Origin: an uncultured Actinomycetota bacterium
Lineage (GTDB): Bacteria; Actinomycetota; Actinomycetes; Prado026
Reading direction: 5' to 3'
Assembly (NCBI GenBank): GCA_963771835.1
Contig: CAVYVA010000001.1
Span: 1,013,347-1,077,346 of the forward strand
Length of the DNA stretch: 64,000 nt
Below, piece by piece: positions 38,975-48,942 of this stretch. The notes beneath the pieces were generated by a model. It was not told the origin of the DNA. It worked only from the letters and a program-made list of their open reading frames with translations, and did no database searches. The first letter of the stretch is position 1; every line of letters begins with the position of its first letter. The translations under genes and the position numbers were made by a program.

Positions 38975-40594
38975 GCCCCGAACGTCCGCCGTCCGCCCAG
39001 CCAGGTGCCGGTGACCGCGAGCCGGTTCCACTCCCAGCGGCTCCACCTCGAGCGGATCGTGGTCGAGGGCCACCAGGTCCGCCCGGCGGCCCGGCGCGAG
39101 CACGCCCCACCGGTCCTCCTCGAACGCCTGGAAGGCCACGCCGGCGGAGTACGCCGCGAGCGCCTGGGCCGGGTCGAGCCGCTCGTGCGGCGTCCAGCCG
39201 CCGGGCGGATCGCCCTGCGCGTCCGGCGGGTGACCGCGACCGCCAGACCGTCCAGCGGGACCATCGACGAGACCGGCCAGTCGCTGCCCATCGACAGCCG
39301 CGCGCCGCTGTCGGCGATGGTGCGCATCGGGTACTGGCGCGCGCTGCGCTCGGGGCCGAGCCGCGGCAGCACCAGCGACACCATGCCGGGCTCCAGACAG
39401 GCCCACAGCGGCTCGAAGTTGGCGATCACGCCCAGCCGCGGCGAACCGGCCCAGGTCGGCCGGGTCGACCAGGTGCGTGTGCGCGACGACCGCCCGGCGG
39501 TCGCGTGGACCGTTCACCTCGTCGGCCCGCTGCACCGCGTCCAGGGCGGCCCGCACGCCGGCGTCCCCGATCGCGTGGATGTGCACCTGGAAACCCGCTG
39601 GCGTCGAACGCCGTGACGGCCAGCGCCAGCTCGTCGGGCTCCCAGACCGGGAGCCCGCAGCTGTGCGGTGCGTCGACGTACGGCTCGAGCAGGGCGCCGG
39701 TGCCCATCTCGATGACGCCGTCGGCGAAGAACTTGACGGTTCGGGCACTCACGTCGGGAGAGCCCGGACGCGGACCGCCGGGCCGCCTCGAAGTCCTCCA
39801 CCTGCTCGCGCCACCGGCCGGGTTCGGCCCGCAGCGCGATGTTCACCCGGGTGGAGAGCAGCCCCTGCGCGGCCGCGGTCAGGTACACCGGCACGTCCTG
39901 CGCAGCGAGCGCCGCCTCCTGCACCCAGGTGACGCCGGCCGCGGCCAGCATCGCCGTCGAGGCGGCCACGCCGGCGACCTTGTCCTCGGCGGTCGGCACC
40001 GGCAGGAACCGCTGGACCAGCTCCATCGCCGTCCACTCGACGAGGGTGCCCAGCGGCTCGCCGTCCGCCCGCCTCGGCAGCGACGCGGCCGGCGGGTCGG
40101 GGGTGGTCGCGTCCAGGCCGGCCAGCCGCAGCGCCGCGGAGTTCACCCACGCGCAGTGGTGGTCGCTGGACTCCAGGAACACCGGCCGGTCCGGGACCGC
40201 GGCGTCCAGCCAGCGGGCGTCGAACAGCCCGCCCGGTGCCATCGACGGGTCGTACGAGCCACCGAGGACCCACGGCTCGTCCGGGTGGGCGCGCGGCGAA
40301 GGCGCCGACCGCCTCCACCACCTCGGCCACCGACACGCAGTCCCGGATCGGCGCCTGGCCCAGCTCGAGCCCGCCCCACATCGGGTGCACGTGCCCGTCC
40401 CCGAACGACGGCAGCAGGGCGCCGCCGGCGAGGTCCACGACCGTGGTCCCGGGGCCGCGGTCCGCGTGCGCGTCGCCGTCCAGGCCGGTCACCACCCCGG
40501 CGGTGACGGCGACCGCCGACGCCGTCGGCCTGGCCGCGTCGCCGGTCCGGATCGTGCCGCCGGTGAGCATGAGGTCCGCGGGCATGGGCGGCAT
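38971..40594 (-). pseudogene. amidohydrolase-3 (YtcJ-like metal-dependent hydrolase), about six frame disruptions as assembled
   Basis: Homologous pieces lie in all three frames: MPADLMLTGGTIRTGD...LPSFGDGHVHPMWGG | HPDEPWVLGGSYDPSMAPGGLFDARWLD...SSDHHCAWVNSAAL | SARTVKFFADGVIEMGTGALLEPY | VHIHAIGDAGVRAALDAV | IANFEPLWACLEPG...SMGSDWPVSS | DAQGDPPGGWTPHERLDPAQALAAYSAG...GRRADLVALDHDPL | LAVTGTWLGGRRTF. Shifts are at ~40292, 39770, 39592, 39432, 39228 and 39030. Confidence 0.75.
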
Positions 40595-40647
40595 CCTGAC
40601 ACGGACCCCGCACCCATCCGGTCCGGTCCGGGCTCCGAACATGACCG

Positions 40648-41301
40648 GTGACCGCATGCCTGGTCGCGCCCGGCACGGGTCATGGCACAGTCGTGCCCGT
40701 GCCCGACGCGTCGACGTTCACCGGCGCCGGAGGCGACGGCGGACGGGACGAGACGGCCCAGACGGCCGAGGCGCTGCTGCGACTGGTGGCCCGCGGCGAC
40801 CAAGCCGCCTTCGAGCGCCTGTACGACCGGGTCGCCGGGCCGGTGCTCGGTGTGGTCCTGCGGGTGCTGCGCGACCCGGCCCAGTCCGAGGAGGTCGCCC
40901 AGGAGGTCCTCGTCGAGGTCTGGCGCACGGCCTCGCGCTTCGACCCGGCGCGCGGCGGCGCCGCCACGTGGATCCTCACCATGGCGCACCGCCGGGCGAT
41001 CGACCGGGTGCGCTCGGCGCAGGCCGCCACCGACCGCGACGCCAAGGTCGCGCAGCTCGACCACTCGCCTGCGTACGACGAGGTGAGCGAGGCGGTCGAG
41101 GCGCGCCTGGAGCGCGACCAGGTCCGCCGGGCGCTGGAGTCGCTGACGGACCTGCAGCGCGAGGCCGTCCGGCTCGCGTACTACGGCGGCTACACCTACC
41201 GCGAGGTGGCCGAGCTGCTGGACGTCCCGCTCGGTACCGTCAAGACCCGACTGCGGGACGGGCTGAGCCGGCTCCGGGACGCCTTGGGGGTGCAGCCATG
41301 A
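40648..41301 (+). CDS. sigK: ECF RNA polymerase sigma factor (SigK-like)
   Basis: 217 aa: AFERLYDRVAGPVLGVVLRVLRDPAQSEEVAQEVLVEVW (region 2) and LTDLQREAVRLAYYGGYTYREVAELLDVPLGTVKTRLRDGL (region 4). Its stop overlaps the next start (ATGA). Confidence 0.85.
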   Translation: MTACLVAPGTGHGTVVPVPDASTFTGAGGDGGRDETAQTAEALLRLVARGDQAAFERLYDRVAGPVLGVVLRVLRDPAQSEEVAQEVLVEVWRTASRFDPARGGAATWILTMAHRRAIDRVRSAQAATDRDAKVAQLDHSPAYDEVSEAVEARLERDQVRRALESLTDLQREAVRLAYYGGYTYREVAELLDVPLGTVKTRLRDGLSRLRDALGVQP

Positions 41302-42027
41302 GCGAGCCGCTGCACCTGCTCGCCGGCGCGTACGCCGTCGACGCCCTCGACCCCGACGAGCGCGCCGAGTTCGAGACGCACCTGGCCGGCTGCCCCGAGT
41401 GCACCGAGCAGGTGCGCGAGATGCAGGCCACCGCGGCCCGGCTCGCGTCCGCCGAGACGGTCGTGCCGCCGCCGGCACTGCGCGCCGCGGTGCTCGCCGC
41501 GGTCGCCGGCACCGAGCAGGAGCGGCGCGGTCGCCGAGGTCGTCCCGCTGGGCCGGGACCGGCGGTGGGCTCGCGTGCTGGCGGTGGCCGCCGCCGTCCT
41601 CGCGGTGGTGGCCGTAGGCCTGGGCGTGCTGCTCGTGCAGGCGCGCTCGGACCGCTCGGCGCTGGCCGCGCGGCAGCAGCAGCTCACCGAGGTCATCGCC
41701 GCGGCGGACGCGCGGACCAGCAGCGGCCAGGTCGCGGGCGGCGGCCGCGCCGCGGTCGTCGTCTCGGACAGCCGGCAGCAGGCCGCGTTCGTCGGGGTCG
41801 GCCTGGCCGCACCGTCCAGCGGGCACGTGTACGAGCTCTGGTTCATCGGCTCGGACGGCAGGGCGGTGCCGGCGGGGACGTTCGACCCGGGTCCGGGCGG
41901 CAACGCCGCGGTGCTCATGCAGGGCGACCCGGCGGGCGCGGCCGTGGTCGGGGTGACGGTCGAGCCGGACGGCGGCTCGGCGCAGCCGACGACCAAGCCG
42001 GTCGTCGTGGTGCCGATCAGCGGCTGA
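41298..42027 (+). pseudogene. rskA: anti-sigma-K factor RskA, one frame disruption as assembled
   Basis: N-terminal zinc-finger anti-sigma domain LLAGAYAVDALDPDERAEFETHLAGCPECTEQV. After ...GTEQE (~41526) the TM segment and RskA C-domain (RWARVLAVAAAVLAVVAVG...HVYELWFIGSDGRAVPAGTF...GVTVEPDGGS) are in the +1 frame. Confidence 0.8.
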
Positions 42028-42123
42028 CCGCCCCGCCCTGTCCACGGAGCTGTCCGGGTGGGCACGTGCTCGAGCACCTGCCCACCCGGACAGACGGCCC
42101 CGGTTCGCCGGTCGTGCCTGCGG

Positions 42124-43575
42124 TCAGCTGTCGAGGTTCGCCATCACGTGCTTGATGCGGGTGTAGTCCTCGAAGCCGTACATCGACAGGTCCTTGCCGT
42201 ACCCGCTGTGCTTGAAGCCGCCGTGCGGCATCTCGGCGACGAGCGGGATGTGCGTGTTGATCCAGACGCAGCCGAAGTCCAGCCGGCGGGCCATCCGCAT
42301 CGCGCGCCCGAAGTCCTTCGTCCACACCGACGACGCGAGCCCGTACTGCACGCCGTTGGCCCAGGCCAGCGCCTCGGCCTCGTCGGAGAACTGCTGGACG
42401 GTGATGACCGGGCCGAACACCTCGTTCTGGATGATCGCGTCGTCCTGGCGAAGGTCGGACACGACGGTGGGCGCGAAGTAGAACCCGTGGTCGCCGACCC
42501 GCTGGCCGCCGGTGTCGACGGTCGCGTGGTCGGGCAGCTCGTCGAAGAACGACGCCACCCGGGCGAGCTGGTTGGCGTTGTTGACCGGCGGCAGCAGCGC
42601 GTCCTCGTCGCCGGGGCCGTTGGCGTACGTCGACACGACCGCCTTCGCCTGCTCGGTGAGCGCGGCGACGAAGTCCTTGTAGATGCCGGGCGCGGCCATC
42701 ACGCGGGTCGCGGCCGTGCAGTCCTGGCCGGCGTTGAAGTAGCCGGCGATCGCGACGTTCTCGGCCACCGCCTCGAGGTCCGCGTCGTCGAAGATGACGA
42801 CGGGGGCCTTGCCGCCCAGCTCCAGATGCACCCGCTTGAGGTCCTTCGCGGCGCTGCCGGCGACCTCCATGCCCGCACGCACCGAACCGGTGATCGACAC
42901 CATCGCCGGGGTCTTGTGCTCGACGAGCGCACGCCCGGTGTCGCGGTCACCGCAGATCACGTTCAGGACGCCCGGCGGCAGCGCACCCGCCTCGTGGATC
43001 AGCTCGGCCATCCGCACCGTGCTGGCCGGGGTGGTGTCCGACGGCTTGAGCACGACGGCGTTGCCGGCGGCGATCGCCGGCGCGAACTTCCAGACCGCCA
43101 TCATCATCGGGTAGTTCCACGGCGCGACCTGCCCGCAGACCCCCACCGGCTCGCGCCGGATCATCGAGGTGTGGCCGGCCATGTACTCGCCCGCGGAGCG
43201 CCCCTCCAGGACCCGCGCGGCACCGGCGAAGAACCGGATCTGGTCGACCATCGGCGGGATCTCCTCCGACCGCGTCAGCGCGATCGGCTTGCCGGTGTTC
43301 TGGCTCTCGATCTCGACCAGCTCGTCGGCGTGGCTCTCGATCACGTCGGCGATGGCGAGCATGGCCTTCTGCCGCTCGGACGGGGTCGAGTCGCGCCAGC
43401 TCTCGAAAGCCGCCGCCGCGGCGGCGTACGCGCGGTCGACGTCCTTGTCCCCGGACAGCGGGGCGGTCCCGAACACGGCGCCCGTGCTGGGGTCGACGAG
43501 GTCGCTGCTGCGCCCCTCGACCGCGTCCACCGACTCGCCGTTCACGAAGTTGCGCAGGATGCGCTTGTCGGTCAC
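42124..43575 (-). CDS. NAD-dependent aldehyde dehydrogenase (gamma-aminobutyraldehyde/betaine-aldehyde dehydrogenase-like)
   Basis: 483 aa from GTG 43575, with GAGGAG 8 nt upstream: [69 protein letters not shown]. Confidence 0.9.
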   Translation of the reverse strand: MTDKRILRNFVNGESVDAVEGRSSDLVDPSTGAVFGTAPLSGDKDVDRAYAAAAAAFESWRDSTPSERQKAMLAIADVIESHADELVEIESQNTGKPIALTRSEEIPPMVDQIRFFAGAARVLEGRSAGEYMAGHTSMIRREPVGVCGQVAPWNYPMMMAVWKFAPAIAAGNAVVLKPSDTTPASTVRMAELIHEAGALPPGVLNVICGDRDTGRALVEHKTPAMVSITGSVRAGMEVAGSAAKDLKRVHLELGGKAPVVIFDDADLEAVAENVAIAGYFNAGQDCTAATRVMAAPGIYKDFVAALTEQAKAVVSTYANGPGDEDALLPPVNNANQLARVASFFDELPDHATVDTGGQRVGDHGFYFAPTVVSDLRQDDAIIQNEVFGPVITVQQFSDEAEALAWANGVQYGLASSVWTKDFGRAMRMARRLDFGCVWINTHIPLVAEMPHGGFKHSGYGKDLSMYGFEDYTRIKHVMANLDS

Positions 43576-43776
43576 TCGCTGCTCCTCATTCGACGCATTC
43601 GACGGCTTTCGACCGGAGGCCTCGGACAGGCTGCTCCAGGGGCAGTCATACCACAGCCGTCAGGCCACGGATACGGAAGATGTGGACCGGATCAGGCATG
43701 GAATCAGTGTGTGAAGGCCACCTGGACGACGGATTCGCTTGAAATTGGCCCCGTTCCGAGTCCAGGATGTCGGTCC

Positions 43777-44256
43777 ATGGCCGGACGCGAGCGGACGAAC
43801 GGGGGAGCCTTCCCCCTCGACGACGTCTCCAAGGCCATCATCGAACAGCTCCAGCAGGACGGGCGGCGCGCCTACGCCACGATCGGCAAGGCCGTGGGCC
43901 TGTCCGAGGCGGCGGTGCGGCAGCGGGTGCAGCGGCTCGTCGACGGCGGCGTGATCCAGATCGTCGCCGTCACCGACCCGATGACGGTCGGCTTCCCGCG
44001 TGCGGCCATGATCGGCATCCGCTGCGAGGGCGACATGGAGCTGGTCGCCGACAAGCTCGAGGCGATGCCCGAGATCGACTACCTCGTGATCACGGCCGGT
44101 CAGTACGACCTGCTGGCCGAGGTGGTCTGCGAGGACGACGAGCACCTGCTCGACGTGATCAACAAGAGGATCCGAGCCATCCCCGGGATCGTGCACACGG
44201 AGACGTTCGTCTACCTGCGCCTGCGCAAGCAGATCTACACCTGGGGAACCCGATGA
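43777..44256 (+). CDS. Lrp/AsnC family transcriptional regulator
   Basis: LDDVSKAIIEQLQQDGRRAYATIGKAVGLSEAAVRQRVQRLVDGGVIQIVAV, followed by a C-terminal RAM/ACT-like domain. Divergent from the aldehyde dehydrogenase and upstream of the aminotransferase. Confidence 0.88.
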   Translation: MAGRERTNGGAFPLDDVSKAIIEQLQQDGRRAYATIGKAVGLSEAAVRQRVQRLVDGGVIQIVAVTDPMTVGFPRAAMIGIRCEGDMELVADKLEAMPEIDYLVITAGQYDLLAEVVCEDDEHLLDVINKRIRAIPGIVHTETFVYLRLRKQIYTWGTR

Positions 44257-44269
44257 CCGAGGACGTGCG

Positions 44270-45667
44270 ATGACGACACCGCAGTACATCGACGAGCCGG
44301 GCGACGACAGCCTCGCCCGTACCGCAGCCGACCGGCTGTGGATGCACTTCACCCGGCACTCCGGCTACGAGGAGGGCCGGGGACACGTCCCGGTGATCGT
44401 CCGCGGCGACGGCGCGTACATCTACGACGACCAGGGCAAGCGGTACCTGGACGGGCTGGCCGGCCTGTTCACCGTGCAGCTCGGGCACGGCCGCACCGAG
44501 CTGGCCGACGCCGCAGCCAAGCAGGCGTCCGAGCTCGCGTACTTCCCGCTGTGGTCCTACGCCCACCCCAAGGCCATCGAGCTGGCCGAGCGCCTGGTCG
44601 CGTACGCCCCCGGCGAGCTGGACCGGGTGTTCTTCACCACCGGCGGCGGCGAGGCGGTCGAGTCGGCGTGGAAGGTCGCCAAGCAGTACTTCAAGCTGGT
44701 CGGCAAGCCGCTCAAGCACAAGGTGATCAGCCGCGCCGTCGCCTACCACGGCACGCCGCAGGGCGCGTTGTCGATCACCGGCATCCCGGACGCGAAGAAG
44801 TACTTCGAGCCGCTGGTACCGGGCGCGCACAAGGTCCCCAACACGAACTTCTACCGCGCGCCGCAGCACGCCGACGACCTGGAGGCGTTCGGTCGCTGGG
44901 CGGCCGACCGGATCGAGGAGGCCATCGAGTTCGAGGGTCCGGACACGGTCGCGGCCGTGTTCCTCGAGCCGGTGCAGAACTCCGGCGGCTGCTTCCCGCC
45001 GCCGCCGGGCTACCTGCAGCGCGTCCGCGAGATCTGCGACCGGCACGACGTGCTGTTCGTGGCGGACGAGACCATCTGCGCGTTCGGCCGCATCGGCGAG
45101 ATGTTCGCGATGTCCCGCTACGGCGTGACGCCGGACATCATCACCTGCGCGAAGGGCATGACCTCCGGGTACTCCCCGCTCGGCGCGATGATCGTCGGCG
45201 AGCGCGTCTTCGAGCCGTTCCGGCACGGGATGGACTACTTCGCGCACGGGTACACCTTCGGCGGCCACCCGGTCTCGTGCGCCGTGGCGCTGGCCAACTT
45301 CGACGTGTTCGAGCGCGAGGGCATCAACGCGCACGTGCGCGCGAACGAGGGGGCGTTCCGCGCCACCCTGGAGAAGCTGCACGACCTGCCCATCGTCGGC
45401 GACGTCCGGGGTGACGGGTACTTCTACGGGATCGAGCTCGTCAAGGACAAGGCCACCAAGGAGACCTTCGACGACGACGAGGCCGAGCGGCTGCTGCGCG
45501 GGTTCCTGAGCAAGGCGCTGTTCGACGCCGGGCTGTACTGCCGCGCCGACGACCGCGGCGACCCGGTCATCCAGCTGGCCCCGCCGCTGATCATCGGGCA
45601 GCCGGAGTTCGACTTCATCGAGCAGACGCTGCGCTCGGTGCTGACCGAGGCCTGGTCGATCCTCTGA
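44270..45667 (+). CDS. class-III (omega-) aminotransferase, putrescine/beta-alanine--pyruvate type
   Basis: 465 aa: GDGAYIYDDQGKRYLDGLAGLFTVQLGHG, TTGGGEAVESAWK, FVADETICAFGRIGEMF, and the PLP-lysine motif ITCAKGMTSGY. Confidence 0.9.
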   Translation: MTTPQYIDEPGDDSLARTAADRLWMHFTRHSGYEEGRGHVPVIVRGDGAYIYDDQGKRYLDGLAGLFTVQLGHGRTELADAAAKQASELAYFPLWSYAHPKAIELAERLVAYAPGELDRVFFTTGGGEAVESAWKVAKQYFKLVGKPLKHKVISRAVAYHGTPQGALSITGIPDAKKYFEPLVPGAHKVPNTNFYRAPQHADDLEAFGRWAADRIEEAIEFEGPDTVAAVFLEPVQNSGGCFPPPPGYLQRVREICDRHDVLFVADETICAFGRIGEMFAMSRYGVTPDIITCAKGMTSGYSPLGAMIVGERVFEPFRHGMDYFAHGYTFGGHPVSCAVALANFDVFEREGINAHVRANEGAFRATLEKLHDLPIVGDVRGDGYFYGIELVKDKATKETFDDDEAERLLRGFLSKALFDAGLYCRADDRGDPVIQLAPPLIIGQPEFDFIEQTLRSVLTEAWSIL

Positions 45668-45771
45668 CCCCGGACCGGCCAGGTTCGACCGCACGCACCC
45701 GGGTCCGCAGGCTGCCGGACAAGGCCGTCCGCGACCGTGCGGCCCTGCACGCCGTCCTGGACGCGGGCCTG

Positions 45772-46329
45772 GTGGCGCACGTCGCGGTGCTCGGTCCGGA
45801 CGGCCAGCCGTACGTCGTCCCGGTCGCGTACGCGCGCGACGGGGAGCGGGTGCTCTTCCACGGGTCGACCGGCTCGCGGCTGTTCCGGTCCCTGGCCCGC
45901 GGCGGGCCGACCTGCCTGACCGTCACCCTGCTGGACGGGATGGTGCTGGCCAGGTCGGTGTTCGAGTCGTCCATGCACTACCGCTCGGTGATGGTGCTCG
46001 GCTCCTGCACGCCGGTGCGGGGCGCGGCCAAGCTGGCCGCGCTCGAGCTCGTCACGCACCACCTGCTGCCCGGGCGGTGGGCCGAGGCGAGGCAGCCCAC
46101 CAAGAAGGAGCTGGCCGCCACGCTCGTCCTCGCGATCAGCCTGGACGAGGCCTCGGTGAAGATCAGCGACGGACCCCCGGACGACCCGGCCGAGGACGTC
46201 GCGCTGCCGGTGTGGGCCGGCACGGTGCCGCTGCACGAGACGTTCGGCGAGCCGGTGGACGCGCCCGACCTCGCCTACCCGCTGCCCGCACCCGACTACA
46301 TCCGCGGCTGGACCCGGAGGAGCACATGA
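45772..46329 (+). CDS. pyridoxamine 5'-phosphate oxidase family (FMN-binding split-barrel) protein; true start probably upstream
   Basis: HVAVLGPDGQPYVVPVAYARDGERVLFHGSTGSRLF...SMHYRSVMVLG. The same frame is open and looks homologous from ~45664 (TRVRRLPDKAVRDRAALHAVLDAGLV) but has no ATG/GTG there. Confidence 0.7.
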   Translation: MAHVAVLGPDGQPYVVPVAYARDGERVLFHGSTGSRLFRSLARGGPTCLTVTLLDGMVLARSVFESSMHYRSVMVLGSCTPVRGAAKLAALELVTHHLLPGRWAEARQPTKKELAATLVLAISLDEASVKISDGPPDDPAEDVALPVWAGTVPLHETFGEPVDAPDLAYPLPAPDYIRGWTRRST

Positions 46330-47739
46330 GCACGGCCGGCACCGACCGAGACATGTCCGGCTACCGTCGGCTCTCGCTGTGGTGGGACACGCTCCCCGGT
46401 CCGATGACCGGCGGGCGCCGCTCCCCGCTGGACGGCGACACCGACGCCGACGTGGCCATCGTCGGCGCCGGGTACACGGGGCTGTGGACGGCGTACTACC
46501 TCATCAAGGCCGACCCGTCGCTGCGGGTGGTGGTGGTCGAGCGCGAGACGGCCGGCTTCGGTGCCTCGGGCCGCAACGGCGGCTGGTGCTCAGGCCTGTT
46601 CCCGGCGTCCTGGGCGAAGATCGCGCGCGGGTCGTCGCGCGAGGACGCGATCCGCATGCAGCGGGCCATGTTCGACACCGTCGACGAGGTCGGCCGGGTG
46701 GTGGTGGCCGAGGACCTGGACGTGCACTGGGCCAAGGGCGGCACGGTCGGGATGGCCCGGAGCCGGACGCAGGCCGAACGGGCCCGCGCCGAGATCGACG
46801 AGGCCCGGGACGTGGGGCTTCGGCGCCGAGGACTACAGCTGGTTGTCGGCGGACGAGATGCGCGAGCGGGTCGGCGCCACCGACCTGCTCGGCGGGACGT
46901 TCACCCCGCACACCGCGGCGATCCACCCGGCCCGGCTGGCCCGCGGGCTGGCCCAGGTGGTCGAGCGGCTCGGCGTGCGCATCGTCGAGGGCACCCCGGC
47001 GACGGCGCTGGAGCCCGGCGTCGTGCGCACCCCGTACGGCTCGGTGCGCGCCGAGCACGTGATCAGGGCGACGGAGGGCTACACCCCGTCGCTGCCCGGG
47101 TACCGGCGGGACCTCGCGCCGGTCTACTCGCTGATGCTGGCCACCGAGCCGCTGCCGACCTCGGTGTGGGAGCAGATCGGGCTGTCGCGGCGCGAGACGT
47201 TCAACGACCACCGGCACCTGATCATCTACGGCCAGCGGACCGCGGACGACCGGTTCGCCTTCGGCGGCCGGGGCGCGCCCTACCACTTCGGTTCGGTGAT
47301 CCGGCCCGAGTTCGACCGCGAGCCGCAGGTGTTCGCCGAGCTGCGCCGGGTGCTGATCGAGCTGTTCCCGGCCGTCGCCGACTTCGCCGTGACGCACACC
47401 TGGGGCGGTCCCCTGGGTGTGCCCCGGGACTGGTACGCGTCGGTCGGTCTGGACCGCGGCACCGGCCTCGGGTGGGCCGGCGGCTACGTCGGCGACGGTG
47501 TGGGCACCACGAACCTGGCCGGCCGCACGCTGGCCGACCTCGTGCTGGACCGCCGCGACTCCGAGCTGCTGTCCCTGCCGTGGGTCGGGCACCGGTCCCC
47601 ACGGTGGGAACCGGAGCCGCTGCGGTTCCTCGGCGTGAACACCGGCCTGCGGGTGATGAGCAGCGCCGACCAGGCCGAGGTGCGCAGCGGACGCCAGTCG
47701 CGACGCGCCGCAGTCTTCGGACGCTTCACGGGACACTGA
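46326..47739 (+). pseudogene. FAD-dependent oxidoreductase (paralogue of 29880..31301), one frame disruption as assembled
   Basis: DVAIVGAGYTGLWTAYYL, ASGRNGGW. After ...EIDEARDVG (~46816, an extra g in gtgGGGGc) the sequence FGAEDYSWLSADEMRERVG...THTWGGPLGVPRDW... continues in ORF 46561..47739. Its ATG overlaps the preceding stop (ATGA). Confidence 0.8.
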
Positions 47740-47754
47740 ACGGCGGGGCAGAAT

Positions 47755-47955
47755 GTGGTCATGCCCTCCGACAGCAAGGGGTCCGAGCCGACTCCGGACG
47801 AGCTGCACGCCCGGTTCCGCGCCGCTCTCGACCGCAAGGCGGGCAGGCACCAGACCGGTGCGTCGGACGGTCCCGGCGACCCCGCCGCCAAAGCGTCCAC
47901 CCGGACCGCGAACAGCAAGCGGCAGCGCGAGTTCCGCCGCAAGAGCGGCGGCTGA
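47755..47955 (+). CDS. small basic protein, DUF5302-like
   Basis: 66 aa: ELHARFRAALDRKAG...KRQREFRRKSGG, the pattern I associate with the actinobacterial DUF5302 family. This is recalled from memory and not searched. Confidence 0.55.
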   Translation: MVMPSDSKGSEPTPDELHARFRAALDRKAGRHQTGASDGPGDPAAKASTRTANSKRQREFRRKSGG

Positions 47956-47961
47956 GCCCGG

Positions 47962-48942
47962 CTACGACTGCTGCGCCGCCCACCAGCGGTGCGCGACGAG
48001 CTCGGCCACGGTGGTCTCGGTGAGCAGAGCCACGTCGGGCACGTCCTGGCCGTCGTACCCGATGTCGTAGCAGCCGCCGGCGACGGGTCCGCCGACGCTG
48101 ACCACGGTCGAACCGCGCTCGATGGTCCAGCGCAGCAGCTCGTCGTCCCAGGCGGACCCCGGCAGGAGCAGCATCCGGTAGTCGACGGTCCTGGTGAGGT
48201 ACACGTCCACGTGCGACCAGTCGCCGGTCTCGGCGGCGTGCGCCGGCACCCGCGGCCCCTCGCGGAGCATGAGCGCGGACTGCTGCGCCGAGGCCAGCCG
48301 GGCGGCCGGACCGACCACCCAGGAGCCGAGCGGACCGTCCAGGTGCCGCGCGACCTCGGGCAGCCACTGCGACCGGGCGTCGAGCAGCGCGGCGGTGGAC
48401 TCGGCCGCCCGCCGGCAGTGCCGGGCCAGCCCCGGCGCCGTCCCCGGCGCGAGCTGCTCGGCCACCGCGAGCAGCACGGCGAGCGTGTGCCGGTACGAGC
48501 GGCAGGACACGCCGCCCGGCTCGGGTCCGGACAGCAGCCCCACCACGGCATCGGCCGCCTCGCCGACCGGGCTGCCCGGGACGTCGGTCACCGCGACGAC
48601 GCGGCACCGGCCGGCGTACTGCTGCGTGGCCGCCACCGTCTCCGCCGAGCGGCCGCCGGCCGACACGGCCAGCACGAGCGTCCCGGGCGTCGCCGGCGGC
48701 AGCAGCGCGGACGAGGCGAGCTCGGCGACGGCGGACACCCCCGACGCGCGGAGCCGCGCGGCGACCACCCCGGCCGCGTACGCGGACGAACCCATCCCGA
48801 GCAGGAGGACCCGCTCGGCGTCCCCGAGCCGCAGCCGGTCCAGCCCGAGCAGGTCGCGGTCGATGGCGTCGGCCAGCCGGACCAGGGAGACCGGGGTCGC
48901 CTCGACGTCGCCGAGGAAGCCTGCCGGGTCCATCTCAGCCAT
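47962..48942 (-). CDS. SIS (sugar isomerase) domain protein, GlmS-isomerase/AgaS-like
   Basis: From ATG 48942: ERVLLLGMGSSAYAAGVVAARL..., LVLAVSAGGRSAETV, and a second SIS-like half. Its start overlaps the upstream kinase stop (ATGGCTGA at 48935-48942). Confidence 0.78.
   Translation of the reverse strand: MAEMDPAGFLGDVEATPVSLVRLADAIDRDLLGLDRLRLGDAERVLLLGMGSSAYAAGVVAARLRASGVSAVAELASSALLPPATPGTLVLAVSAGGRSAETVAATQQYAGRCRVVAVTDVPGSPVGEAADAVVGLLSGPEPGGVSCRSYRHTLAVLLAVAEQLAPGTAPGLARHCRRAAESTAALLDARSQWLPEVARHLDGPLGSWVVGPAARLASAQQSALMLREGPRVPAHAAETGDWSHVDVYLTRTVDYRMLLLPGSAWDDELLRWTIERGSTVVSVGGPVAGGCYDIGYDGQDVPDVALLTETTVAELVAHRWWAAQQS

Noticed and set aside
38975-40506. Downstream part of the 1098-aa plus ORF 37210..40506
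   Set aside because: PucR homology leaves this frame at ~38440 and ends at 38974 in another frame. The remainder is an antisense shadow of the amidohydrolase.
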